Part shown: piece after piece, positions 16,415-25,622 of the stretch
Numbering within the stretch: position 1 is the first letter of the stretch
How the letters are laid out: each line of letters starts with the position of its first letter
Source of the DNA: Kiritimatiellia bacterium
GTDB taxonomy: Bacteria > Verrucomicrobiota > Kiritimatiellia > RFP12 > DVOR01
Assembly: GCA_900771325.1 (NCBI GenBank)
Contig: CAAGNN010000087.1
Location: 1 to 63,668, forward strand
Direction: 5' to 3'
Length of the DNA: 63,668 nucleotides
Notes under the pieces: generated by a model
The model's database searches: none
What the model was told of the DNA's origin: nothing
Seen by the model: only the letters and a program-made list of their open reading frames with translations
Translations under genes and position numbers: made by a program

Positions 16415-17614
16415 ATGCGGGTTTTGATGATTGGTGCCGGCGGCGTCGGCAGTGTGGTGGCGCATAAGTTGGCGCAGGTGCCGGAGGTTTTCTCCGAGAT
16501 TATGCTCGCGTCTCGGACGAAGGCGCGCGTGGATGCCTTGGCCGCGGAGTTGGGTCGGCCGGTGCAGACGGCGCAGGTGGATGCGGATAATGTGCCCGAA
16601 CTGGTGGCGCTTATCCGCAGTTTCAAGCCGGATTTGGTGATGAATATTGCCTTGCCCTATCAGGACTTGCACATTATGGACGCGTGCTTGGAGGCGGGGT
16701 GCGACTATTTGGATACGGCGAACTACGAGCCGCTGGACACGGCGAAGTTTGAGTACAAGTGGCAGTGGGCCTATCAGGAGCGCTTTAAGGAAGCCGGGCG
16801 GATGGCGCTCTTGGGTAGCGGCTTCGACCCGGGGGTCTCGTCGGTCTTCTGCACCTATATTCAGAAGCATTACATTCCGCAGATTCGCGAGATTGACATT
16901 ATCGACTGCAACGCGGGCAATAACGGCCATCCCTTCGCGACGAACTTCAACCCGGAGATCAACATCCGCGAGGTGTCGGCCAAGGGGCGCTATTGGGAGC
17001 AGGGCAAGGGCTTTGTGGAGACCGAGCCGCTCTCGGTTAAGCAGCCCTTCGAGATGCCCGAGGGGTTGGGCACGCTCAACACCTATCTGATGTACCACGA
17101 GGAGCTCGAGAGCCTGGCCAAGTTTATTCCCGGCCTCCAGCGCGCGCGCTTCTGGATGAGCTTCTCGGATAACTACCTCAAGCACCTGGAGGTGCTCAAG
17201 AACGTGGGGATGACGCGTATCGACCCGGTGATGTACCAGGGCCGCGAGATTGTCCCTATCCAGTTCCTCAAGGCGTTGCTGCCCGACCCGGCCACCCTCG
17301 GTCCGGTCACCAAGGGCAAGACCTGCATTGGCTGCCAGGTGCGCGGGCTCGACTTCGAGGGCAAGCCCAAGACGGTCTACGTCTACAACATCTGCGACCA
17401 CCAGGAATGCTACAAGGAGGTCAAGTCCCAGGCCATCAGCTACACCACCGGCGTGCCGGCGATGATTGGCGCGAAGATGATGCTCACCGGCAAGTGGCGC
17501 GGCACGGGCGTCTTCAATATGGAACAGTTCGACCCCGATCCCTTTATGGAGGACCTTGGCAAGTACGGTCTGCCCTGGAAGGTGATTGAGGGCGAGGTCT
17601 TCCACCGAGCCTAA
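16415..17614 (+). CDS. carboxynorspermidine/carboxyspermidine dehydrogenase (saccharopine dehydrogenase family)
   Basis: MRVLMIGAGGVGSVV Rossmann N-terminus. DTANYEP...FEYKWQWAY...GFDPGV...IDCNAGNNGHPFATNFNPEINIRE is characteristic of CANSDH. Confidence 0.8.
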   Translation: MRVLMIGAGGVGSVVAHKLAQVPEVFSEIMLASRTKARVDALAAELGRPVQTAQVDADNVPELVALIRSFKPDLVMNIALPYQDLHIMDACLEAGCDYLDTANYEPLDTAKFEYKWQWAYQERFKEAGRMALLGSGFDPGVSSVFCTYIQKHYIPQIREIDIIDCNAGNNGHPFATNFNPEINIREVSAKGRYWEQGKGFVETEPLSVKQPFEMPEGLGTLNTYLMYHEELESLAKFIPGLQRARFWMSFSDNYLKHLEVLKNVGMTRIDPVMYQGREIVPIQFLKALLPDPATLGPVTKGKTCIGCQVRGLDFEGKPKTVYVYNICDHQECYKEVKSQAISYTTGVPAMIGAKMMLTGKWRGTGVFNMEQFDPDPFMEDLGKYGLPWKVIEGEVFHRA

Positions 17615-17615
17615 G

Positions 17616-18800
17616 ATGGAAGCGCTCCTGGCGGCAAAGGCGGCCGCGCGCACGGTTGGGCAATTGCCTGATCGCGCGCGGCGCGACTTGCTGGACGCAT
17701 TGGCTGCGGCCCTGCGGCGGTCGGCCGATGAACTCCTCAAGGCGAACGAAGCGGATGTGGCGGCGATGGCGCCGGCCGATCCGCGGCGGGATCGCTTGCT
17801 CTTGACGCCGGAGCGCCTGGCAGGCGTGGCTGCGGGGGTGGAGGCGGTGGCGCGTCTGGGCGAGGTGTTGTGGGAGGAGCTGGAGGCGCGCGAGCGGCCC
17901 AGCGGAATCCGCCTGCGGCGCGTGCGTGTGCCGTTGGGGGTGGTGGGGTGCATCTACGAGGCGCGGCCAAACGTCACGGTGGATGTGGCGGCGCTCTGTC
18001 TGCGGACCGGGAATGTGGCCGTGCTCAAGGGGGGCAAGGAGGCGGCACGGACAAATGAGGCGCTTGCGAAGGTGATGGGCAGGGTGTTGCGCGAGGCGGG
18101 GTTGCCCGAGGCGGCCATCACGCTTTTGCCGCCGACGCATGAGGCCGCCGAGGCATTGATGAAGGCCGAGGGGCTGGTGGATGTGCTCATTCCGCGGGGG
18201 AGTGCCGGGCTTATCCGCGCGGTGCGCGAGCAGGCGTTGGTGCCGGTCATTGAGACGGGCACCGGGGTCTGCCACATCTATCTGCACGAAGATGCGGATC
18301 TCACCATCGCCACGCGGGTGGTGGCCAATGCGAAGATGCGCCGGGTGTCGGTGTGCAATGCGCTCGACTGCCTGTTGGTGCACCGTTCGCTCGTGGGGGA
18401 GGCGTTGGAGCGGGTGCTCGCGCCCTGCCGCGAGCGGGGGGTGGAGATCCACACCGAGCCGGAGAATTGGGGGCGCGAGTGGCTCTCGATGGCGATGTCG
18501 GTGCGGGTGATCGAGTCGCTCGACGAGGCGCTCGAGCACATCGCGCGGTTCGGGTCGGGCCACAGCGAAGCCATCGTCACGCGCAGCCCCGAGGCGGCCC
18601 GGCGCTTCCAGCGGGAGGTCGATGCTGCGTGCGTCTATGTGAACACGCCCACCTCCTTTACCGATGGCGCGGAGTTCGGGTTGGGGGCTGAGGTGGGGAT
18701 TTCCACCCAGAAGTTGCACGCGCGCGGGCCGATGGGCCTGACCGCGCTCACCACCAGCAAGTGGCTCATTGAGAGTGATGGAGCCGTGAGAAGCGTATGA
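17616..18800 (+). CDS. proA: gamma-glutamyl phosphate reductase
   Basis: Aldehyde dehydrogenase fold with the VCNALDCLLVH catalytic Cys region. The ATG lies 1 nt after the upstream stop. Confidence 0.9.
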   Translation: MEALLAAKAAARTVGQLPDRARRDLLDALAAALRRSADELLKANEADVAAMAPADPRRDRLLLTPERLAGVAAGVEAVARLGEVLWEELEARERPSGIRLRRVRVPLGVVGCIYEARPNVTVDVAALCLRTGNVAVLKGGKEAARTNEALAKVMGRVLREAGLPEAAITLLPPTHEAAEALMKAEGLVDVLIPRGSAGLIRAVREQALVPVIETGTGVCHIYLHEDADLTIATRVVANAKMRRVSVCNALDCLLVHRSLVGEALERVLAPCRERGVEIHTEPENWGREWLSMAMSVRVIESLDEALEHIARFGSGHSEAIVTRSPEAARRFQREVDAACVYVNTPTSFTDGAEFGLGAEVGISTQKLHARGPMGLTALTTSKWLIESDGAVRSV

Positions 18801-19459
18801 TGACTAACCTGTCCCCCGAAGCCCTGCGGCAAGCCAAGCGCGAGGTGCGCGCGCAGATGCGCCAGTTGCGCGCGGAGATTTCCAAGAATGACCGCTTCCT
18901 GGCCGGGAAGCAGGCAGCCGATATGTTGTTTGATCTGCGCGGGCTGGCCTTGGTGCCGCGCTTCTGTTCCTTTGCCTCCTATCTGAGCACGGATGAAGAG
19001 TTCCCCACCGAGGAGCTGCATCTGGCGCTCTTCCAGGTGGGGGCCGCCGTGGCGGTGCCGCGCTTCTCGCAGCGGATGCAGGATTACCACTGGTCGCCTT
19101 TGCCGCCGGGGGCACCGTTGCGGCAGGGGCCGCACGGCATTTGGGAGCCGGCCGAGCCGCTGCGCGCCAGCCGCGCCGCCATCGAGGTGGTGTTGGTGCC
19201 GGGGCTGGCCTTTGACATTCGCGGCGGGCGTATCGGCTATGGCGCGGGCATCTACGATCGGCTCCTAGCGCAGCTGCGCCCCGGGGTCTTGCGCATCGGC
19301 GTGGCCTACAACTGCCAGGTGCTGCGCGATCCGCTCCCCCAGGAAGCGCACGATCGGCAGATGGATTACATCGTCACCGAGGACCACTGGATTGACTGCC
19401 GCCGCGCGCGCAATGTTCGCCGCCCGGGCTTCGGCACGCCGACACCGGTGGTCAAGTAA
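18797..19459 (+). CDS. 5-formyltetrahydrofolate cyclo-ligase
   Basis: VLVPGLAFDIRGGRIGYGAGIYDRLL signature. The ATG overlaps the proA stop (ATGA). Confidence 0.85.
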   Translation: MMTNLSPEALRQAKREVRAQMRQLRAEISKNDRFLAGKQAADMLFDLRGLALVPRFCSFASYLSTDEEFPTEELHLALFQVGAAVAVPRFSQRMQDYHWSPLPPGAPLRQGPHGIWEPAEPLRASRAAIEVVLVPGLAFDIRGGRIGYGAGIYDRLLAQLRPGVLRIGVAYNCQVLRDPLPQEAHDRQMDYIVTEDHWIDCRRARNVRRPGFGTPTPVVK

Positions 19460-19460
19460 G

Positions 19461-20255
19461 ATGGCTCCGGAGCCCTTTTCGCTGCAGTTCCTGGGCACCG
19501 GCACCTCGGTGGGCGTGCCGATAATCGGTTGCACTTGCCCAACTTGTACTAGCCCCGACCCGCGCGACCGCCGCCGCCGCGCCTGCGCCTATGTCCGCCT
19601 GGGGGAGAGGGCCCTCCTGCTCGATGCCGGGCCGGACCTGCGCGAAGCCTGCCTCCAGTGGCGCGTGACGCGGGTCGATGCCGTCTTCATCACCCACCTT
19701 CATGCCGACCACATCTTTGGCTTCGACGACCTGCGCCGCTTCAACACCATCCAGGGCAACCAGGTCATCCCCTGCTACGCCGGTCCCGAGACGCTCGAAG
19801 GGATGCGCCGCATCTTCCCTTACATCACCACGCGCCCGAACGCCCAGGGGCTCTATCGGCCGCTGATTGACTTCGTGCCCGTCCAGGAGCCCTTCGAGGC
19901 CTTGGGCGCGCGCCTCACCCCCTTGCGCGTGGTGCACGGCAACCTCGAGACGCTGGGGCTGCGCGTTGACTTCGCCGGCCGCTCTCTGGCCTACCTGCCC
20001 GATGTCCACGAATTGCCGGAGGAGACCCTTGCCCAGCTTCAAGGGCTGGATCTATTGGTGCTCAACTTGCTGCGTCTGCGCCCGCACCCTACGCACCTCA
20101 CGCTCGAGCGCGCGGTGGATTACGCCCAACGTCTTGCCCCTCGCCAGACCTTCTTCACCCACCTCTCGCACGACCTGCCGCACGCCGACTTCGCGCCCCT
20201 CCTCCCGCCCGGGATGGCCATCGCCTGGGACGGGCTCACGTGGGAACTCAAGTAA
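19461..20255 (+). CDS. MBL-fold metallo-hydrolase (PhnP-like)
   Basis: FLGTGTSVGVP N-terminus and the ITHLHADH metal motif. Start at the ATG at 19461, 1 nt after the upstream stop. Confidence 0.8.
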   Translation: MAPEPFSLQFLGTGTSVGVPIIGCTCPTCTSPDPRDRRRRACAYVRLGERALLLDAGPDLREACLQWRVTRVDAVFITHLHADHIFGFDDLRRFNTIQGNQVIPCYAGPETLEGMRRIFPYITTRPNAQGLYRPLIDFVPVQEPFEALGARLTPLRVVHGNLETLGLRVDFAGRSLAYLPDVHELPEETLAQLQGLDLLVLNLLRLRPHPTHLTLERAVDYAQRLAPRQTFFTHLSHDLPHADFAPLLPPGMAIAWDGLTWELK

Positions 20256-20294
20256 AACAGATTGGGCGCGGCGAAGGCCGCGCCCAATCTGTTT
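20255..20294. terminator. bidirectional rho-independent terminator between convergent MBL gene and galE
   Basis: 18-bp perfect stem: AAACAGATTGGGCGCGGC, loop GAAG, GCCGCGCCCAATCTGTTT. The flanks are T-rich on both strands. Confidence 0.85.
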
Positions 20295-20313
20295 CTCTGC
20301 CAATGGCTAGGAC

Positions 20314-21330
20314 TTACTCCGCGTAACCGTTGGGGTTCATCGACTGCCACTTCCAGGAGGAGGCGCACATATCATCGAGGGTGTGCGTGGCGGTCCAGCC
20401 GAGGAGTTCCTTGGCGTAGGTGGGGTCGGCGTAGCACTCGGGGGCATCACCCGGGCGGCGAGGGGCGATCTCGTAGGGGATTTCCTTGCCGCAGGCCTTC
20501 GAGAAGGCGTGGATCATATCGAGGACCGAGTAGCCGGTGCCGGTGCCGAGGTTGACGGTGTAGAGCTTACCGGGGGTCTGCTCAAGCTTCTTGAGGGCGG
20601 CGAGGTGGCCGCGAGCGAGGTCGACCACGTGGATGTAGTCGCGCACGCCAGTGCCGTCCTTGGTGGGATAGTCGTCGCCAAAGACGCGGACCTTGGGCAG
20701 ACGGCCGACGGCGACCTGGGCGATATAGGGCATCAGGTTGTTGGGGATGCCGTTGGGGTTCTCGCCGATGCGGCCGGAGGGGTGGGCACCGACGGGGTTG
20801 AAGTAGCGCAGGAGCATCACGCCCAGGTCGGGCTCGGCGGCCTTGACATCGCTCAGGACGCGCTCGAGGAAGAGCTTGGTGGCGCCGTAGGGGTTGAGGG
20901 CGCCAGTGGAGCAGCTCTCGTCGAGCGGGACCTTCTCGGGCATGCCGTAGACGGTGGCCGAGGAGGAGAAGACGATGTTGCGGCAGCCATATTCCTTCAT
21001 CAGCTTGAGGAGGTTGAAGGTGCCGGTCATATTGTTGTGGTAGTAGAAGAGGGGCTTGGCGACCGATTCACCCACGGCCTTGAGGCCGGCGAAGTGGATG
21101 ACCGCGTCGTAATGGGCTTTCTTGAAGACCTCTTCGAGCGCCTCGTAGTCCAGCAGGTCCACCTTGTAGAAGTGGGGGGTGCGGCCGGCGAGTTCGGCCC
21201 CGCGCTTGACGGCCTCTTCCTGGGAGTTGTAGAGGTTGTCGACGATGGTCACTTCGTATCCGGCCTGTTGGAGCTCGATGACGGTGTGGGTTCCGATATA
21301 TCCGGCGCCGCCGGTGACGAGGATGTGCAT
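20314..21330 (-). CDS. galE: UDP-glucose 4-epimerase
   Basis: MHILVTGGAGYIG and YGATKLF (YxxxK). Start at the ATG at 21330. Confidence 0.93.
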   Translation of the reverse strand: MHILVTGGAGYIGTHTVIELQQAGYEVTIVDNLYNSQEEAVKRGAELAGRTPHFYKVDLLDYEALEEVFKKAHYDAVIHFAGLKAVGESVAKPLFYYHNNMTGTFNLLKLMKEYGCRNIVFSSSATVYGMPEKVPLDESCSTGALNPYGATKLFLERVLSDVKAAEPDLGVMLLRYFNPVGAHPSGRIGENPNGIPNNLMPYIAQVAVGRLPKVRVFGDDYPTKDGTGVRDYIHVVDLARGHLAALKKLEQTPGKLYTVNLGTGTGYSVLDMIHAFSKACGKEIPYEIAPRRPGDAPECYADPTYAKELLGWTATHTLDDMCASSWKWQSMNPNGYAE

Positions 21331-21360
21331 GGGTTGATCCTTTCTTTCGTGTTTAAGCAC

Positions 21361-22272
21361 TTACCATTCAGCTGTGAAACTGACAGAACTTTCCCCCGGC
21401 TTGAGCGGGGTTGCCAGGAGGGGCTCTCCGGCATAAAGGTGGGCAATGTCCGCAGCCAACGTTTCCCAATTAGGATAGCGCAACGTACGGTCTTTGGCAA
21501 GCATCCGGTTGAGCATCAGGGCGAGGGGGCGTGGGATGGCGGGCATCAGCACGCGCGGGTCGCGGGCGAAGTTGGGGCCGATGTGCGCGTCGACCACCTG
21601 CTGATCGGTCTTGCCCGGGAAGAGGACGTGGCCGGTGAGCAGCTGGTAGAGGGTGGCGCCGAGCGAGTAGATGTCCGCGCGGCAGTCGAGGTCGGGCAAG
21701 TCGTAGATTTGGTCCGGGCTCATGTAGGCCGGGGTGCCCATAATCTCGCTGGCGTTGTCGGCTGCGCCCTCCTTCGCGGCGGTGAGCACCGAGCGCGAGA
21801 TACCCAGGTCCATCACCTTGACGGTGCCATCGGCATCGACCATAAGGTTATCGGGCTTGAGGTCGCAATGGACCACGCGGAAGCGCTGCCAGGCATACTG
21901 CAGGGCTGCGGCCACCGACTCTAAGATGATGAGCCCGTCGTCGACCTCCAGGTGGCCTTTGCGCGCGAGGTAGGAGGCGAAGGTGTAACCGCGCACCCAC
22001 TCCATCACAAAGTAGGAGAGGCCGTTCTGCTCGCCGGTGTCGTAGACGCGCACGATGTTGCGGTGTTGGAAGCGCGCGCAGGCCTTGGCCTCGTTGCGGA
22101 AGCGCTCGACATCCTCGGGCGTGCGCACAAAGGCCTCCTTGAGCACCTTGACGGCCACCTGCCGCCCCGTGGAGATCTGCCGCGCCAAGTAGACCGTGGC
22201 CGTCCCCCCCTCGCCCAGCACCGATTCCAGGGCCAGGTTCGGAAAGATGTCTGCGGGCGGAAGTTCGGCCAA
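21361..22272 (-). CDS. Ser/Thr protein kinase, kinase domain only
   Basis: VAVKVLK, HCDLKPDNLMV, DLGISR and GTPAYMSPDQ. The TTG start lies 3 nt after the upstream stop, with GGAG 6 nt upstream. Confidence 0.85.
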   Translation of the reverse strand: MAELPPADIFPNLALESVLGEGGTATVYLARQISTGRQVAVKVLKEAFVRTPEDVERFRNEAKACARFQHRNIVRVYDTGEQNGLSYFVMEWVRGYTFASYLARKGHLEVDDGLIILESVAAALQYAWQRFRVVHCDLKPDNLMVDADGTVKVMDLGISRSVLTAAKEGAADNASEIMGTPAYMSPDQIYDLPDLDCRADIYSLGATLYQLLTGHVLFPGKTDQQVVDAHIGPNFARDPRVLMPAIPRPLALMLNRMLAKDRTLRYPNWETLAADIAHLYAGEPLLATPLKPGESSVSFTAEW

Positions 22273-22275
22273 GGC

Positions 22276-23367
22276 TCACTCCAAGACAAAGGAGAGCGCC
22301 AGGAGCGCGTAGCTCGTCGAGAGCGCCGGGTCGCCCTCCCAGAAGCGGTTGCTTTCGTTGCGCCAAGCGCCGTCGGAGTGCTGGCGCGCGAGCAGCTCTT
22401 TGGCCAACTCCTCGCGCCAATCCACGGTGGTGCCATCTTCCAACGGCAACTTCTCAATCCCCGCGGCACTCAGGGCGCGCGAGAGGATCTCGTAGTAGAA
22501 GTAGAGTCCCTGGTTCCCCTGGCCGGCGTTCTCCTTCAGCGACCAATGCTTCCCCAGCCACTGGTAGGTGGAGCGCACCTTCGGGTCCTCGCGCGAGAGC
22601 TGGCAGTGCAACATCGAGAGGAGCCCGGCGTAGGTCATCGACCCGTGCGAGCGCAGCGACGATACCCCGCCGCTCCCCCCCGGCACCCCGCCGCGCGGCA
22701 CTTCGCGGTTGTAGACGAAGCCGCCGGCCTCCGCCCCCTCCTGCTCTTGCATCGAGAGCACGTACTTGCGCGCGGCCTCCCAGTTGATGTCCACCCGCTT
22801 CTGCCCGGCCGGCCGCGCCTCCTCGACGTCCTGCGTCAGGCGCATCGCGTCCAGCGCGTAGAAGGTGTTATTGAGGTCGGTATAGGCCCGGGGCGAAGAC
22901 TTGTCGTAGCCAAAGCCACCCTCGTGCAGCCCCTCGGTCTCAATCTGGGTAGAGGCGACATAGGCGCGCGCGGCCAGGAGCACCTCTACATTGCGCGCTT
23001 TGCCGCCGACTGCGTGAAGCGCGGCCATACACAAACAGGTGTTATAGTTGCCCAGACCGCCCCCGCGCCGCCCGGGAATCGGCACATAGAGCCCGCCATC
23101 GGGCTGCGCACAGGAGAGAATGTAGGCCTCGGCCTTCGCGGCCGCTTCGCTGTTCTCCGGCTGCTGCGCGCGCGCCATCGCCCACAACGCCAACGCGCTC
23201 AACCCCGGGAAACGCTTGTCCGACCAATTTCCCTCGGCCGTCTGCGTTCCGCGCAGATAGGTAAAGCCCCGATCCATCGCCGAACGCACCTGCTCGCGCG
23301 TTCCCTCCGTGAGCGCCCAAAGCGGCGCAACCACGGCCAGCAGCAAACTCAACAGCAACGACTTCAT
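22276..23367 (-). CDS. secreted prenyltransferase/squalene-cyclase-repeat protein
   Basis: Signal peptide MKSLLLSLLLAVVAPLWA. Repeated QPDGGLY / EGGFGY / AGGFVY / SDGAWRN motifs. Start at the ATG at 23367. Confidence 0.75.
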   Translation of the reverse strand: MKSLLLSLLLAVVAPLWALTEGTREQVRSAMDRGFTYLRGTQTAEGNWSDKRFPGLSALALWAMARAQQPENSEAAAKAEAYILSCAQPDGGLYVPIPGRRGGGLGNYNTCLCMAALHAVGGKARNVEVLLAARAYVASTQIETEGLHEGGFGYDKSSPRAYTDLNNTFYALDAMRLTQDVEEARPAGQKRVDINWEAARKYVLSMQEQEGAEAGGFVYNREVPRGGVPGGSGGVSSLRSHGSMTYAGLLSMLHCQLSREDPKVRSTYQWLGKHWSLKENAGQGNQGLYFYYEILSRALSAAGIEKLPLEDGTTVDWREELAKELLARQHSDGAWRNESNRFWEGDPALSTSYALLALSFVLE

Positions 23368-23373
23368 ACCGAC

Positions 23374-23384
23374 AGTGTAGCACA
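23374..23384 (-). promoter_or_regulatory. extended -10 element TGTGCTACACT, 6 nt upstream of the ATG (leaderless candidate)
   Basis: The reverse complement of 23365-23384 reads TGTGCTACACT-GTCGGT-ATG. TTGCCC lies 18 nt upstream of the hexamer. Confidence 0.45.
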
Positions 23385-23423
23385 CCGCGCGCCCCCGGGG
23401 CAAGCACCGGGCAGCACCTAGTC

Positions 23424-23481
23424 GCTTCGCTCCCAGCGGCTAGCAGTTAGCGGTTAGCTGTTAGCGCGCGTTCCGCGACGG
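23424..23481. repeat. mosaic element tail (reverse orientation): GCTTCGCTCC + 7-bp microsatellite + CGCGTTCCGCGACGG
   Basis: GCTTCGCTCC at 23424-23433. Heptamers AGCGGCT AGCAGTT AGCGGTT AGCTGTT at 23435-23462. CGCGTTCCGCGACGG at 23467-23481. Confidence 0.85.
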
Positions 23482-23522
23482 AGAGGGCTGGGGAAGGGGG
23501 GGCGTGGGGGCCGGCCTCAGAC

Positions 23523-23764
23523 GACCCGCCCCGGGTTGACGGTGGACCCGCCCCGGGTTGACCCCCGACCCGCCCCGGGTTGACCTCGGACCCGCCCCAG
23601 GTTGACCTTGGACCCGCCCCGGGTTGACGGTGGACCCGCCCCGGGTTGACCCCGGACCCGCCCCGGGTTGACGGTGGACCCGCCCCGGGTTGACCCCCGA
23701 CCCGCCCCGGGTTGACCTCGGACCCGCCCCGGGTTGACCTCGGACTTGGGGCGGGTGAGTGGTG
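23523..23764. repeat. 22-bp tandem array, 10 clean + 1 degenerate unit
   Basis: GACCCGCCCCGGGTTGAC followed by 4 variable nt (GGTG, CCCC, CTCG, CTTG, CCCG). Units start every 22 nt from 23523. Confidence 0.97.
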
Positions 23765-23876
23765 GAGCGGGTCATCGCAAAACCCGCACGCGCCAAAGGC
23801 GCACCGCTCGGTCTGCCGGGCCACCCTCACGCGAGTGGAGCGAGCACAAAACGAGCGTGCGCGCGTGGGGTGGGAA

Positions 23877-23887
23877 TGTGGTATACT
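23877..23887 (+). promoter_or_regulatory. extended -10 element TGTGGTATACT
   Basis: TGTG-N-TAnnnT motif 49 nt upstream of the ATG at 23937. Confidence 0.45.
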
Positions 23888-23936
23888 TGCGCTGTTTTCT
23901 TTATTCGACATTCCGAAAGAGGAGCATACGAGAGAG

Positions 23937-25622
23937 ATGAGTACGATTGCGATTGGTTGCGATCACGCGGGCGTGGTCCTGAAGGCAAAGTTGGCCGCTG
24001 TGCTGGAAGCGCGCGGCGAGACGGTGGTGGACGTGGGTTCATTCAACGCCGAGGCCGCCGATGACTATCCGGACTTTGCGGTGGCGGTCTGCGAGGCCGT
24101 GCTGGAAAAGCGGGCCGACCGTGGCGTGTTGCTGTGCTCGACGGGCATTGGGATGAGCATCACCGCCAACCGTTTCACCGGCATCCGCGCGGCGATTGTC
24201 ACCGATGAGGCGGTGGCCAAGCTCTCGCGCGAGCACAATGATGCCAATGTCCTCATCCTTTCGGCTCGCGCGTTGAGCGACGATGCGGCCGAGCGCGCGC
24301 TGAAGGTGTGGTTGGAGACGCCCTTCTCCGGGGCCGAACGTCACGCCCGGCGCCTGGTGAAGTGCGACCGCGCCGGCCGTCTGGCCGAGTCCTCCCTCCT
24401 GGCTTGGGCCGATCCCGAGGTCCACGCGGCCATCGTCGCGCAGGTCAAGCAGGAGGACGAGACGGTTAACCTGATTGCCTCGGAGAACTACACCTCCGCC
24501 GCCGTGCGCGAGGCGCAGGGCTCGGTGCTGAACAACAAGTATGCCGAGGGCTATCCGGGCAAGCGTTGGTACAGCGGCTGCCTGCCGGTGGACGCGGTGG
24601 AGACGCTGGCCATTGAGCGCGCCAAGAAGCTCTTTGGGGCCGAGGCGGCGAACGTTCAGCCGCACTGCGGCAGCGCGGCGAATATGGCCGTCTTCTTCGC
24701 GATGCTCAAGCCCGGCGACACGATCCTCTCGATGAGTCTGGACCAGGGCGGTCACCTGAGCCACGGCTCGCCGGTGAACTTCTCGGGCAAGCTCTATAAC
24801 ATTGTCCCCTATGTGGTGAACAAGGAGACCGAGCAGCTCGACTACGACGCCATCGAGGCGCAGGCAATGGAGGTCAAGCCCCAGCTCATTCTGGCGGGCG
24901 CTTCGGCCTATCCGCGCGTGATTGACTTTGCCCGCTTCCGGGCGATTGCCGACAAGGTGGGCGCCTACCTGATGGTGGATATGGCCCACATCGCCGGCCT
25001 CATCGCTGGCGGCGTTCATCCCTCGCCGGTGCCCTATGCCGACTTCGTGACCACCACCACGCACAAGACCCTGCGCGGGCCGCGCTCGGGCCTCATTCTC
25101 TGCAAGGAGAAGTACATCGGCGCCATCAACAAGACGGTCTTCCCCGGCATCCAGGGCGGTCCCCTGGAGAATGTTATCGCGGCCAAGGCGGTCTGCTTCA
25201 ACGAGTGGCTCCACCGCGATGCGCACGCCTACGCCGCGCAGATTGTTGCCAACACCCAGGCGCTGGCGAAGGTGTTGCAGGAGGCCGGCTTCCGCCTCGT
25301 CTCCGGCGGCACGGATAACCACCTCTTCCTGGTGGACGTGAAGGCCGCGGGCTTGACCGGTAAGTTGGCCGCCGCCGCGCTGGACGCTGCCGGCATCATC
25401 TGCAACAAGAACACCATCCCCTACGACACTGAGAGCCCCTTCGTCACCTCCGGCATCCGCATCGGCACGGCCGCGGTCACCACGCGCGGGATGAAGGAGC
25501 CCGAGATGGTCAAGCTCGGCGGCTGGATTGTCGAGATCCTCAAGTCGCCCGAAGACACCGCGCTCCAGCAGCGCGTGCGTGAAGAGGTGCGCGCGCTCGT
25601 GGCGCACTTCCCGGTGCCGTAA
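23937..25622 (+). CDS. glyA: fusion protein: ribose-5-phosphate isomerase B (N-terminal) + serine hydroxymethyltransferase (C-terminal)
   Basis: 561 aa with no internal stop. RpiB part: [12 protein letters not shown]...[17 protein letters not shown] part: [38 protein letters not shown], with the PLP lysine in [13 protein letters not shown]. Confidence 0.88.
   Translation: MSTIAIGCDHAGVVLKAKLAAVLEARGETVVDVGSFNAEAADDYPDFAVAVCEAVLEKRADRGVLLCSTGIGMSITANRFTGIRAAIVTDEAVAKLSREHNDANVLILSARALSDDAAERALKVWLETPFSGAERHARRLVKCDRAGRLAESSLLAWADPEVHAAIVAQVKQEDETVNLIASENYTSAAVREAQGSVLNNKYAEGYPGKRWYSGCLPVDAVETLAIERAKKLFGAEAANVQPHCGSAANMAVFFAMLKPGDTILSMSLDQGGHLSHGSPVNFSGKLYNIVPYVVNKETEQLDYDAIEAQAMEVKPQLILAGASAYPRVIDFARFRAIADKVGAYLMVDMAHIAGLIAGGVHPSPVPYADFVTTTTHKTLRGPRSGLILCKEKYIGAINKTVFPGIQGGPLENVIAAKAVCFNEWLHRDAHAYAAQIVANTQALAKVLQEAGFRLVSGGTDNHLFLVDVKAAGLTGKLAAAALDAAGIICNKNTIPYDTESPFVTSGIRIGTAAVTTRGMKEPEMVKLGGWIVEILKSPEDTALQQRVREEVRALVAHFPVP

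Noticed and set aside
23523-23764. The tandem arrays (this one and the eight others) as CRISPR arrays
   Set aside because: The units abut at a 22-bp period with only about 4 variable nt. There are no 25-40 bp unique spacers, no leader and no cas genes anywhere in the window.
23447-23911. ORFs translated through the repeat arrays as Gly/Pro/Arg-rich repeat proteins: 23447-23911, 23461-23796, the 5' part of 6236-7018, 6259-6513, 30885-31169, 44387-44632 and 57168-57770
   Set aside because: The 22-bp period is not a multiple of 3. Overlapping ORFs occur in several frames on both strands. There are no start-site signals. These ORFs are by-products of GC-rich repeats.
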